Source: an uncultured Kofleriaceae bacterium
Lineage (GTDB): Bacteria; Myxococcota_A; Polyangia; HGW-17
Assembly (NCBI GenBank): GCA_964516435.1
Contig: CAZEZP010000051.1
Span: 70,467 to 134,466 of the forward strand
Reading direction: 5' to 3'
DNA length: 64,000 nucleotides
Below, one piece after another: positions 28,640-38,271 of this stretch. The position numbers and the translations under genes were made by a program. Within the stretch, counting starts at the first letter, position 1, and each line of letters begins with the position of its first letter. The notes below the pieces were generated by a model. That model was not told the DNA's origin and did no database searches. It saw only the letters and a program-made list of their open reading frames with translations.

Positions 28640-31189
28640 TCACCCCCCGGACAGCGTGAAATCCTCGATGCGGCGGAATCGGCAATCCGCGCCGAGGATA
28701 CGCAAAAGCGGCGCGGGCTCCCATCGCCGGCTCCCCTCCATGCGCAATTCGGCACGCACGAAACCTTCTTCGGGCGACACGCGGCAAACCACGCTTTCCA
28801 GCTTGCGCCGGTCCCGTGGCGCGATATCGAAAGAGCGGGCTTCTCCCGCGGGTGCGCCGGCCACAGCCGGAAGGCGCCGTTCCGTGAAAGCGACCTTCAA
28901 TTCGGACAGCCAGCCGCGCACGGAGGCGAAAACCACCTGCGCGGAAAGGCCGTTCCATCCGAGAACCGCCCGGACACCGGTTACTTCGGAAGCGTCGAAG
29001 CGTTCCAGCACGCGCAAGGATGCGCCCAGAAACCCTTCCAGCGCCGCCGCAACGTCCTGCACGTCCCGTGCGGCCAGGCAAGGTGAACCATCCGGCATCG
29101 CACCCGACACCCCGTAAAGCGCCACCACGGTCGCGCCGCACCAGCCCGCCCCCACGCGCGCTTCCCACGCCGGGTGGGTCCACAGCGCCTCGCGGATGCC
29201 GAAGAGCCGCCCCGTCAACTCCGGACAGGCGCGTAAGGCAGCGGCCAGCAGATTCGCTTCCAGATACTCCCGGGAAACGCCCGAAAAACGCTCCGGGAGT
29301 ACGACCCGCAGATGGATGGGACGGCTCTTTCGCTTGATGCGGACCCATTCGGCCAGGGACGCCGCCAATGCCGCCTCCCGGCGGATGGCGTGCCCCGTCA
29401 GGAATGCGCGTTCGGCCGCATTCCGGCAGGCCCCGCATCCATGGCAGCCCGCCTGCCCGTCGGCGGCCAGCGAAACGCAGCACACGGAAGGCTCCTCGAA
29501 GCCGGCCGCCCGTTCCCACGCCCGCACCAGAGCGGCGTCTGCCCAGGAATCCGGCGAAAGCGGCGCATCACCGGACGTGCGGAAATCCTCCAGCAGCCGT
29601 TCTGCCAGTTCCCGGGGAATCCGGCCGTCGCATGCCCATCCCTGCCGGGCGGATTCCTCCAGGATCGACGCCGTGCGGGGCGTGGGCAAAACCAGGACCT
29701 GGGCCAGGACGTATTCCTCCCAGGACATGGCCATGCGGAATTCGAAGCCGGCCGCCGTCACGGCCTTTTCCATGCGGCGGGCCAGGTATTCCATCCGGGG
29801 CCGGGCGAATTCCGGCTTGGCGAACATCAGCGGCGTTTGCGGCATGCGCACGAGAAACCCCGCCGAAAACACGGCGCGCGGGGCGCCGGTGTGGGATCGC
29901 TTTTTCAGGACGTCCCGGAACTGGACGCAAAACGTCTCGAATTCCGCCAGATCCGACTCTCCCTCGATGCCGGCCAGGATGAAGAACAACTTGATTTCCC
30001 GCACGCGGGCCTTCGCCAGTTCATCCAGCAGTTCCCGCCAGGCGTCCTCCTGGAAGCCCTTGGCGTAGAAACGCCGCATCCGGCGGGAGATGCCTTCCAC
30101 CCCCACCGTGAAGGAGCGCTTCTCGGCCGCCAGTTCGGCCTGCAGCATCCACGGATGGCGGGCCAGCACGTCGGCGCGCTGGCTCATGAGGTTCACCCGG
30201 TCGAAAATCCGGTGCAGGCCATCCAGGAGACGGCCGATCTCCTGATGCGTGTTGAAATTGAAGGCGCTCACCTCCACCGTGGAAGCCCCCGTCTCGCGCG
30301 CCAGTCGACGGGCCGCCTCGAGCACGGCATCAGCGGGCAATTCCCGGTAGGGACGGCGCTCCCATGCCTCGTGGCAGAACGAGCAGAATGCCGGGCAGCC
30401 GCGCGAAATCTCCAGTTTCACCGTATCGGCGGACGGCGCGTCGAACACCACGGATGCCGGCTGCTCCCAGGGTACGAGACTGCGGGCGGTTCCGGGCACG
30501 AACCCCTGCCCGTCCAGCGGCAGCAAAACACCGGGAACTGCGGCCCGGAAGGCGGGAATCCGGCGCGCCAGTTCCCTGGCGACGGCATCCGCGCCGGCTC
30601 CGCGGGTTTCCAGGAGCGTTCGGAAGAAATCCTGTGCATGGGGTTCGATTTCCCCGAAATACAGGCCATCGGCGAACGAATCCCCATCGGGAAAGAACAG
30701 CCCGTGGGCGAGCGCGGCGCTGGAGCCGCCCAGCAGCACGGGCGGCCAGGGCGCCCCCGAAGAAGATGGCCCGGCCCGGCGCGAGGAGGCGCGCGGCGGG
30801 ATGCCGGCGCGCAGCAGCATCAGCGGCAGGTTGGGAAGTTCCTGCACGACGGAGCACGACACGCACAGCGCATCGAATTCGGCCGCCGGCCGACCCGTCT
30901 GCAGGCCGGCCATCCAGGGAATCCGGCCCTCTTCCAGGCGGCGGCGCTCCCAGGCTGCCGGAAGAAAGGCGAAATCCCCCAGCGCGCCGGGCCCCAGTAC
31001 CGTCCGCATCCATGCGAAGAGCACCGTGTGCGGCGTCGAGCGGACAGCATCGGGAAACGGCGAGAGGCGCACGAACAGAACCCGCAGGCAGGCCGCCTCC
31101 CATGGCGGATTCACTTCCGATTCAGGCAACCCGGGAAATCCGAACCGGATGCGGGCTCCCCCGGGCGGGGAAAGCACATCGGTGCTCAT
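28640..31189 (-). CDS. Radical SAM protein (TIGR03960-like) fused to a DUF2344/TIGR03936-like C-terminal domain.
   Basis: The CxxxCxxC cluster SRGCPAFCSFCHEAW follows a B12-binding-like N-domain. The in-frame ATG at 31189 (MSTDVL) overlaps the stop of the upstream HD gene (ATGA). The upstream 177 codons of the ORF 28640–31720 are not coding. Confidence 0.7.
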   Translation of the reverse strand: MSTDVLSPPGGARIRFGFPGLPESEVNPPWEAACLRVLFVRLSPFPDAVRSTPHTVLFAWMRTVLGPGALGDFAFLPAAWERRRLEEGRIPWMAGLQTGRPAAEFDALCVSCSVVQELPNLPLMLLRAGIPPRASSRRAGPSSSGAPWPPVLLGGSSAALAHGLFFPDGDSFADGLYFGEIEPHAQDFFRTLLETRGAGADAVARELARRIPAFRAAVPGVLLPLDGQGFVPGTARSLVPWEQPASVVFDAPSADTVKLEISRGCPAFCSFCHEAWERRPYRELPADAVLEAARRLARETGASTVEVSAFNFNTHQEIGRLLDGLHRIFDRVNLMSQRADVLARHPWMLQAELAAEKRSFTVGVEGISRRMRRFYAKGFQEDAWRELLDELAKARVREIKLFFILAGIEGESDLAEFETFCVQFRDVLKKRSHTGAPRAVFSAGFLVRMPQTPLMFAKPEFARPRMEYLARRMEKAVTAAGFEFRMAMSWEEYVLAQVLVLPTPRTASILEESARQGWACDGRIPRELAERLLEDFRTSGDAPLSPDSWADAALVRAWERAAGFEEPSVCCVSLAADGQAGCHGCGACRNAAERAFLTGHAIRREAALAASLAEWVRIKRKSRPIHLRVVLPERFSGVSREYLEANLLAAALRACPELTGRLFGIREALWTHPAWEARVGAGWCGATVVALYGVSGAMPDGSPCLAARDVQDVAAALEGFLGASLRVLERFDASEVTGVRAVLGWNGLSAQVVFASVRGWLSELKVAFTERRLPAVAGAPAGEARSFDIAPRDRRKLESVVCRVSPEEGFVRAELRMEGSRRWEPAPLLRILGADCRFRRIEDFTLSGG

Positions 31190-31992
31190 TGGTACACTTT
31201 CACGGGCTCCCCCTGGATGCCGGCATGCAGTTCCACCAGATGCCGGATGGGGCTGTGCGCCAACTTCGGGTACAGGACTTCCTCCACCTGGAAGAAGCCC
31301 ACGCTGGAACTCATGTGCACGGTGATGCGCACGGGGCGCTCCTCGCCGCGGCCGATGTCGATGCGCTCCACGGCCGAGGAGGAATACTTGTGGATGTCCC
31401 CCACCCGCGCCTTCGTGGAAATCATCATGGGGATGCGGGCGCGGCCCTTTTCCATGTCGCATCCGTCGGCCACCAGCAGGATGCCGGCCTCCAGGCTGTG
31501 GATGTCGATGCCGCCCATGTGGCCGCCGATGCACTCCATGACGAGCGAGCGCAGCACCACGCGGCGGCGCGCCTCGGAGGGAAACAGTTCGGCCAGAAAG
31601 CGATCCAGGAGGGGCCGTGCCAGTTCGATGGAAAAAATTTCGTGATCGGCGCGCGTCACCGTCATCCCCACGTCGTGCATCATGCCCGAAAGCATCAGGG
31701 CGCTCCAACTGTCCTCCCACGTGCCGATGTCCTCCGCCTCCAGGCTCAGCCGGATGCCGGCATCCCGCAGCAGGCCGGCCACGGTCAGCGCGTTGAGCAC
31801 CACCTTGCGCATGTGGACGGGACCATGATCATTGTATCCGAGCCGCTTGATGGACACCTCGTTGGCGTATTCCTGCAGGGCATGCAGTTCCTCGTCCTCG
31901 AACAGCATCGCGGCCAGGCGGGGAAGCCTCTCCCCCGGCAGCATCTTCAAGACGGCCCTTTCCAGGGCGATTTCCTTGGGTGACTTGTTCAT
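31186..31992 (-). CDS. HD-domain phosphohydrolase.
   Basis: The start is MNKSPKEIALERAV. HD motifs are …GYNDHGPVHMRKV… and …MMHDVGMT…. It is translationally coupled to the downstream radical SAM gene. Confidence 0.7.
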   Translation of the reverse strand: MNKSPKEIALERAVLKMLPGERLPRLAAMLFEDEELHALQEYANEVSIKRLGYNDHGPVHMRKVVLNALTVAGLLRDAGIRLSLEAEDIGTWEDSWSALMLSGMMHDVGMTVTRADHEIFSIELARPLLDRFLAELFPSEARRRVVLRSLVMECIGGHMGGIDIHSLEAGILLVADGCDMEKGRARIPMMISTKARVGDIHKYSSSAVERIDIGRGEERPVRITVHMSSSVGFFQVEEVLYPKLAHSPIRHLVELHAGIQGEPVKVYQ

Positions 31993-32087
31993 CCATCCTC
32001 CATGCGCCCCGCGTAGAGCATTTGGGCGAAGCGCGCGCCAAAGCGGCAGGAGATCATGGAAAAGACGGGCACGCTTGTCAATGCGAG

Positions 32088-33809
32088 TCACGGCGTGCGG
32101 TATATGCGCCGGCGGGCGATGACACGGCGGTTGCCGTCGCCGTCCACGGCCGCGATTTCCAGCAGGTGCGGACAGTAAGACACGTTCGAGAGATCGATTT
32201 CCCCCCAGTAGCCCACGTCCGGGCAGCCCGGATATCCGGGAAACACCAGGCACACGTCGGGGCGCGCGGAACCGGTGGAAAGTTCCACGGGCGGCTGGTT
32301 GTCCAGGATGGCCTGCACGGACACGACGCCCTTGTTGTCCAGCACCCACCCCCATACCGACAGGCTGTCCCCCGAAACCAGCGCATCCTCTGCGGGCGAG
32401 TCGAGCACGCCGAACGGCGGAAGGCTGGTATCCAGCCAGTTCGCGCTGTACCGGATGGTGCCTTCATTGCCCAGCATCAGGTAGGCCCGCGCATGAACCC
32501 ATCCCCACGCCGGAATGGCAAAGGAAAACTGCGCGCGCACGTTGTTGAAGGGCAGCGAACGGTTCTGCCATCCCTGCCACTGGGTCAGCCGGTTTTCGTG
32601 GTAGATGCCCACCCCGTAGGTCAGCGTGGAATCCTGGAACATCACCCATCCGTCCGGACTGGTGAAATTCCGGTAATAGAAGCCGTCGTTGGCCGGCTGA
32701 TCGATGGAAATCTCCTGTCCGCCGGAAGCGAAGAGCCGCCACAGGTCCGGTCCCTGGTGGCCGTTGGCCGTGTACACGGTCGGCATTTCCTGGAGCGTCG
32801 CAGCGTGATCCAGGTCCGACAGGTTGATGACGTCCATGTCCATTTCCACCACGTGATAGGACACGAAACGCAGGTTGAGCCGGACCTGCACATCGGAGCG
32901 GCGCCATGCGGTGGCGGCGTTCTCGCAGCCCGAACTGTCGCAGTCGGGACGATCCCAGTCGGGATTCCAGTGCAGGGGAGTGACCACAATGGATAGGGAA
33001 TCGTCCACGAAAGACGATGAATCCACGCCCGAACCGTTGTTGCAGCGGTTTCCGCCCTGCACGGGATTCCAGCCCAGGAAGGTGATGCTCGCGGGGCACT
33101 CGCTGGCGCGCTGGCGGCAGGCGGCATCCCATGCGCAATTTTGCATGATGCGGTCGGGATCGTAGAACGCGACCTGCACCTCGCGTCCCGTGTCGTTGGC
33201 ATCGATGGCATTCGTACCGTTCATGCCGGGATTGCCGTCGGCCATGCCGAAAAAGACGATGGAGCCGCCCCATTCCCGCCGCACGCCGATTTTCAACCCG
33301 CCTGAAGCGTTATACAAATAATCATCGGTAAATCCGTCGACCGTGGTGGTCTCGGTGCGGGCGGGAGGACCTTCCCCGGAAAGCGGACGCAGGGACACGG
33401 GAGCCGGCGGGTCCACCTCGGGGCAGACGGATTCGCACGCCGGATCGGGAGTACAATCCGTATCGGCACAATCCGCCCGGCCATCACCATCGTCGTCGAG
33501 GCCATTGTCGCAGCAGGTCTCGTGAACGTGGCAGACGCGGTCCGCGCACTGCCCTTCGCTCGTGCAGGGATTGCCGTCGTCGCAGGGATTGAGGTTGGGA
33601 AAATTCTCGCAGACGTGCTCGCTCGTACAGAAATCGTTGGTGCAGGGATTACCGTCGTCGCAATCGGAAGCCGCATGGCAGCCCTGCACCGCATCCGCAT
33701 CGGGTCCCGCATCCGTGGGCGGCGGCGCCGTCTTGGCGCATGCGCCGGCGAGAAGCACCCACGAGAGCCCGAAAAGAAAGGTGAGGCGATGGGAAAATTC
33801 CCTGTGATG
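32088..33809 (-). CDS. Secreted lipoprotein with an N-terminal Cys-rich (Asp/Cys repeat) module, hypothetical.
   Basis: The lipobox is LLAGAC. C..DDGNPCT motifs are followed by a roughly 430-aa domain rich in W/N/G with no recognised catalytic motif. Confidence 0.55.
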   Translation of the reverse strand, partial: HHREFSHRLTFLFGLSWVLLAGACAKTAPPPTDAGPDADAVQGCHAASDCDDGNPCTNDFCTSEHVCENFPNLNPCDDGNPCTSEGQCADRVCHVHETCCDNGLDDDGDGRADCADTDCTPDPACESVCPEVDPPAPVSLRPLSGEGPPARTETTTVDGFTDDYLYNASGGLKIGVRREWGGSIVFFGMADGNPGMNGTNAIDANDTGREVQVAFYDPDRIMQNCAWDAACRQRASECPASITFLGWNPVQGGNRCNNGSGVDSSSFVDDSLSIVVTPLHWNPDWDRPDCDSSGCENAATAWRRSDVQVRLNLRFVSYHVVEMDMDVINLSDLDHAATLQEMPTVYTANGHQGPDLWRLFASGGQEISIDQPANDGFYYRNFTSPDGWVMFQDSTLTYGVGIYHENRLTQWQGWQNRSLPFNNVRAQFSFAIPAWGWVHARAYLMLGNEGTIRYSANWLDTSLPPFGVLDSPAEDALVSGDSLSVWGWVLDNKGVVSVQAILDNQPPVELSTGSARPDVCLVFPGYPGCPDVGYWGEIDLSNVSYCPHLLEIAAVDGDGNRRVIARRRIYRTP

Positions 33810-33956
33810 CATGAAACGGATTGAAGCCCAAACCCTCTGCCCTGTCAACCACCTGGAATACGAATATCAATAAAAAAATTGACTGACTTTCCACCTCTTT
33901 CCGGCTATTTTGTTAGAGGGGCCCGGCACTGACCGCGGAACCGCAAGGAGGAAAAC

Positions 33957-36062
33957 ATGGAACGTTTTCGCTTTTTCTGGCTCTTGGCGCTCGTGTTCGT
34001 GTTGACGGCCTGCACCGGGGAATCCGGCACCCGCAAGACCAACAATGAAAACAACGAAAACAATGGGGACCGCTGCACATGCCGGGATACGGACGGCGAC
34101 GGCATCTGCGACTTCGACGAGGCCGACGCCGAAACCCGGGACACGGACGGCGACGGCACTCCCGACTTCCAGGATCTCGACAGCGATGGTGACGGCATCC
34201 TGGACGCCATGGAAGCCGGCGATGACACTACCTGCACGCCGCCATCCGATACGGACGGCGACGGCGCTTCCGATTTCATCGACGAGGACAGCGACGGCAA
34301 CGGCATTCCCGACGCCGTCGAGGGTAGCGGGGACACGGATGGCGATGGGCAGCCCGATTACATCGACATGGACGACGACAACGACTACCTGCCCGACGCG
34401 TTCGAGGCGGGCGGATGCGAATCCTGGGAGACTTCGCGGATCCCCTGCGACACGGATGGCGACGGCATCCCGGACTACCGGGAGATCGACAGCGATGGCG
34501 ATGGCATCGGAGACCGCTGGGAGACGTCCGCGGACGCCGACGACGACAGTATGCCCAACTTTCGGGATCCCGACAGTGACGATGATGGAATTCCGGATGC
34601 GCTGGAAGGTAGGACCTACGGGGACCCGTGGGCCGAACCCGTGGACAGCGACGGCGACGGCTTCTATGACTTCGTGGACGTGGACTCCGACAACGACGGT
34701 CTGCCCGACGACGTGGAGGATGCCAACCAGAACGGGAACGTGGACCCCGGGGAAACCGACCCCGGCAATCCGGATACGGACGGCGACGGCGTGAGCGATC
34801 TGATCGAGAAGGCGGCCGGCACGGATCCGCTCTCTCCGGCGGACAGCCCACGCATCCGCGGGGATTTCGTCTTCCTGGTGCCCTATCAGGACGCCCCCGA
34901 TCCGCCCGAGGACGTGCTGCGGTTTTCCACGGCCTTCCAGATGCTGGATCTGCTCTTCGTCATCGACGTATCGGGCTCCATGTCCGCCGAAATCAATGCC
35001 GTGCGCGACGGCCTGGCCGGCATGCTCGACGATCTAATCTGCCTGCCGGGCCAGAACCCGTCCGTGGATCACTGCATCCCGGACGTCCAGACGGGCATCA
35101 TCCTCTTCGGCCAGTCGGGAACGCCGCATACCCTGGTCAAAGCCATCGACGACAACAACCTGCCAGCCGACCCTGGCCCGGATGCCGATTGCACCTACAA
35201 CCGCCTGCCCACCATGGCATCGGGCGGAAGCGAACAGACCGTGCGGGCGCAGTCCCTGGGATTCACTGGGACCTGCGCCTCCGATGCCGGACGCATCGGA
35301 CAGGCCTGCTTCCGGCCGCGATCCCTGCACCTGGTCCTGCTCGTAACCGACGAGGATCTCAAGGAAGACACGGATTATGCCAACCGTCAGAGCCACTGGG
35401 ACACCATCTATGGCGGCGGCGGCCGGGTCATCGTGGACTATGGCGCAGGCGGCACCACGGAAATCAGCAATCTCATCACCGACATGCTGGCGGCTTCGTC
35501 CAATGGCGTAACCCTGGTGCCCGTGATCTCCCCTCTGGCCTATGCCTCCATCCCCGTGTGCCAGACCCTGTCGCCCAATCCCTTCTATCTCTCGGGAAGC
35601 GATTACCGGGCGATGGTGCGTGGTGACGACGCCAATGCCGGCCCGGCGCTCTCATGCGCCGTCCAGGCGGTGGGAGCCTACATGCCCCAGGACGTGGACG
35701 CGCAAGTCTCCAACGACCCCGCCAACGTGGACGCGCGCGGCAATCCCGTGGATGCGCCGGCGGCATTCATCGACTACATCGAAGTGTTCATGGCCGCACA
35801 GGACAGCCAGTGCCCGGACGGCTACAATACCGCCGACACGAACGCCGACGGCCACGACGACCGCTTCGTTCAGATCCTGCCCGGCAATCCCGTGTGCTGG
35901 CGCATCCACGTCAAGGAGAATCAGGCCGTGGAGCCTGCCCGGACGCCCCAGATGTTCAAGGCGACCATCGACGTGTACGGCACGGGCGGCGCCCTGCTCG
36001 ATTCCCGCGACGTGTACTTCCTCGTGCCGCCCGAGTTCGAAGGCCCCGGCGGCCCCGCATGA
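33957..36062 (+). CDS. Lipoprotein with thrombospondin type-3 (DxDxDGxxDxxD) Ca-binding repeats and a vWA domain.
   Basis: The lipobox is VLTACT. More than ten DTDGDG(I/T)PD / DSDGDG repeats are present. The vWA MIDAS motif is LLFVIDVSGSMS. Confidence 0.7.
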   Translation: MERFRFFWLLALVFVLTACTGESGTRKTNNENNENNGDRCTCRDTDGDGICDFDEADAETRDTDGDGTPDFQDLDSDGDGILDAMEAGDDTTCTPPSDTDGDGASDFIDEDSDGNGIPDAVEGSGDTDGDGQPDYIDMDDDNDYLPDAFEAGGCESWETSRIPCDTDGDGIPDYREIDSDGDGIGDRWETSADADDDSMPNFRDPDSDDDGIPDALEGRTYGDPWAEPVDSDGDGFYDFVDVDSDNDGLPDDVEDANQNGNVDPGETDPGNPDTDGDGVSDLIEKAAGTDPLSPADSPRIRGDFVFLVPYQDAPDPPEDVLRFSTAFQMLDLLFVIDVSGSMSAEINAVRDGLAGMLDDLICLPGQNPSVDHCIPDVQTGIILFGQSGTPHTLVKAIDDNNLPADPGPDADCTYNRLPTMASGGSEQTVRAQSLGFTGTCASDAGRIGQACFRPRSLHLVLLVTDEDLKEDTDYANRQSHWDTIYGGGGRVIVDYGAGGTTEISNLITDMLAASSNGVTLVPVISPLAYASIPVCQTLSPNPFYLSGSDYRAMVRGDDANAGPALSCAVQAVGAYMPQDVDAQVSNDPANVDARGNPVDAPAAFIDYIEVFMAAQDSQCPDGYNTADTNADGHDDRFVQILPGNPVCWRIHVKENQAVEPARTPQMFKATIDVYGTGGALLDSRDVYFLVPPEFEGPGGPA

Positions 36063-36179
36063 CGTCCGCCAATCCCGCTCCTTGCTTTTTCACGATGAGA
36101 TCTTATAGTGGGCCCGCTCCCGGGCCGGAGGTTCCCGGCAGGGGCCGGTGCGGAATCCGTGCTGGGAAGGGGTGTGTCC

Positions 36180-36965
36180 ATGGGATTTTTCTCGAGCCTG
36201 TTCGACAAGGAAGCGCGTGCGCGCCGGTCGCTGGAAAAGAACCTGCGTGTGGCGCTCAACAAGCGCGTGCAGCCGGAGGAACGCTGGGCCGCGCTTTACG
36301 CGCTGCGCGACAATGGTTCCCCGGAAGCGATATACGGCCTGCTCAAGCGGTTCACCTTCATCGCTGAGGGCAAGGGCGGGCTGGTGACGGACGAAGAGGA
36401 AAAGAACTGGGTATTTCAGACGATCCTGAACTTCGGCGACAAGGCCCTTCCCGAGACGGAGCGTTTCATCCTGGCCAAGGAAGGGCCGGCCGTCAACCCG
36501 GTGCACTCCATTTCCCAGGCATTGCAACTGTATCGCCGCCTCGTGCGCGACGATGCGGACAAGGTGTTCGCGCTCCTGGAGAAACTCGTCCAGGCCAACG
36601 AACCCGGCTATGAGCGGGATCCCATCCGCAAGGAGGAAATTCTAGCATTCTGCAAAGAATGGAAGGATCCCCGCCTGACCTCGCTTCTCAAGGGATATCT
36701 GGAGGATGCCAATGAAACCATCCGCTTCATGACGGTGGAATGCCTGATGCAGTACGACGACGAAGCCGTCTGCCGGGAACCCCTTCTGGAACTGTTCAAG
36801 CCGGAGCGCAACGAAAGCCTCCGGATCCACAACCGGCTGATCCAGGGATTCTGCGACAAAGGCTGGAGCATCAAGGGCTATCGGTCCTATGTGGAGCCGC
36901 TGCTGAATCCGGAGGAATTCCAGATCCTGCGCGGAGACACCATTGTCAGGAAAAAAGGTGCATAG
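36180..36965 (+). CDS. Alpha-helical (HEAT/PBS-lyase-like repeat) hypothetical protein.
   Basis: The ATG at 36180 (MGFFSSLFDKE) lies in the ORF 36108–36965. The protein is helical with acidic repeats. Its stop abuts the greA start. Confidence 0.5.
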   Translation: MGFFSSLFDKEARARRSLEKNLRVALNKRVQPEERWAALYALRDNGSPEAIYGLLKRFTFIAEGKGGLVTDEEEKNWVFQTILNFGDKALPETERFILAKEGPAVNPVHSISQALQLYRRLVRDDADKVFALLEKLVQANEPGYERDPIRKEEILAFCKEWKDPRLTSLLKGYLEDANETIRFMTVECLMQYDDEAVCREPLLELFKPERNESLRIHNRLIQGFCDKGWSIKGYRSYVEPLLNPEEFQILRGDTIVRKKGA

Positions 36966-37439
36966 ATGACGAAATATCCCATGACACCGGAGGGCCACGC
37001 GAAACTGGTGGCGGAACTGGAACACATCCGCAAGGTGGAAATTCCGAAGAACATCAAGGATATCGAGGAAGCCCGCGAGCATGGTGACCTGCGCGAGAAT
37101 GCCGAATATCACGCGGCCAAGGAGCGCCAGGGACACCTGGCCGCCCGCGAAGCCTATCTGCAGGACCGCATCGCCCGGGCAGAAGTCATCGACCCGCGCT
37201 CCGTCAAATCGGACAAAGTGGTGTTCGGCGCCACCGTGACCCTGGAAAACGTGGATACCGAGGAAGTGACCAAAGTGAAAATCGTCGGCGAGGACGAAGC
37301 CGATCCGTCCCGCGGGCTCATCAACGTGGCTTCGCCCCTGGCGCGCGCCCTGATTGGAAAGACGGTGGACGACGAAGCCGTCCTCAAGACCTCCCAGGCA
37401 ACCAAAACCTACACCATCCTGAAAATCGAGTTTGTATGA
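36966..37439 (+). CDS. greA: Transcription elongation factor GreA.
   Basis: MTKYPMTPEGHAKLVAELEHIRKVEIPKNIKDIEEAREHGDLRENAEYHAAKERQ is the canonical GreA coiled-coil, followed by the FKBP-like C-domain. The protein is 157 aa. Confidence 0.85.
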   Translation: MTKYPMTPEGHAKLVAELEHIRKVEIPKNIKDIEEAREHGDLRENAEYHAAKERQGHLAAREAYLQDRIARAEVIDPRSVKSDKVVFGATVTLENVDTEEVTKVKIVGEDEADPSRGLINVASPLARALIGKTVDDEAVLKTSQATKTYTILKIEFV

Positions 37440-37624
37440 TGCGAAAACCATTTTTCCTGTCCCTGTTCTTTCTTCTCGTTTCCATGGGGTTTTCCGCCTG
37501 CCAGCAGGGGGAAGGCGACCGCTGCGAGGTCACGGCGGACTGCGAGGACGGCCTGATTTGCTGCATCCCCGCCGGCACCCAGGAAGGAACCTGCCAGCAT
37601 GAGGAAAACTGCCAGAATCAGTAA
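37436..37624 (+). CDS. Small Cys-rich secreted lipopeptide (62 aa), hypothetical.
   Basis: It has a signal peptide plus lipobox (MGFSAC) and 6 Cys in CEVTADCEDGLICCIPAGTQEGTCQHEENC. It overlaps the greA stop (ATGA). Confidence 0.4.
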   Translation: MMRKPFFLSLFFLLVSMGFSACQQGEGDRCEVTADCEDGLICCIPAGTQEGTCQHEENCQNQ

Positions 37625-37838
37625 GTGCATCCGCCGCCTTGCGGGGGACGCGGCCTGCCTCCTCCTGACCGCCGCGCTGCTGGGCGCCTGCGCGGGAAAC
37701 GAGGGCGATGCGCTGGAGAAGGCCTGCCGTACGGATGAGGACTGTCCGGATCCCGCCCGGCAGACCTGCATCCGCACATGGGGCATCTGCGCGGGCCAGA
37801 CCAACGATCTGGGCACCATCGACGCCACCGTCGATTGA
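37599..37838 (+). CDS. Small Cys-rich secreted lipopeptide (79 aa), hypothetical paralog of the preceding gene.
   Basis: The lipobox is LLGAC and Cys are spaced CRTDEDCPDPARQTCIRTWGICAG. It overlaps the previous ORF by 26 nt, so the start is uncertain. Confidence 0.4.
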   Translation: MRKTARISKCIRRLAGDAACLLLTAALLGACAGNEGDALEKACRTDEDCPDPARQTCIRTWGICAGQTNDLGTIDATVD

Positions 37839-37989
37839 GTCCCCGCCCGGTTCCTGCACCGCTCATCCGTCAGAAGCGCGCGAAACCGGGGCAGCAGCTC
37901 CGCTCCGACCCGGAAAAGCAGCTTTGGGGTCGGGGCCTTCCTGTGATATCGTAGGCCGGTTCGACGTCGCCCACAGGAGGTCACACGAC

Positions 37990-38232
37990 ATGAATCACGA
38001 CGGCATCGAAAACGGGAACCAGGACACCCAGATGGCCATGATCCAGGAAAAGCTCGAAACCCTGCGCGTAGAGCACAGAGCCTTGGATGAAAAAGCCAGG
38101 GAACTGGAGCGTCACCTCAGCCTCACGGCCCAGGAACAGCAGGAAATCACCCGCATCAAGAAGCGGAAACTGCAACTCAAGGACGAAATCGCCCGCTACG
38201 AGCACATGCTTTCCCAGATGAAGAACGCGTGA
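37990..38232 (+). CDS. DUF465 (YdcH-like) small coiled-coil protein.
   Basis: The ATG at 37990 follows cacaggagg. The sequence …LETLRVEHRALDEKARELE…ITRIKKRKLQLKDEIARYEHML is typical of DUF465. Confidence 0.55.
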   Translation: MNHDGIENGNQDTQMAMIQEKLETLRVEHRALDEKARELERHLSLTAQEQQEITRIKKRKLQLKDEIARYEHMLSQMKNA

Positions 38233-38271
38233 GATCGCATCCCACCATCACGCGATTTGGAGGATGAAGAA

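Noticed and set aside
29312-31645. 777-aa plus-strand ORF
   Set aside because: It is antisense to the radical SAM gene, whose CxxxCxxC cluster region is convincing.
31190-31720. N-terminal 177-codon extension of the radical SAM ORF
   Set aside because: It overlaps the HD-domain gene in another frame, is R/G/H/P-rich, and an internal ATG at 31189 gives the ATGA coupling.
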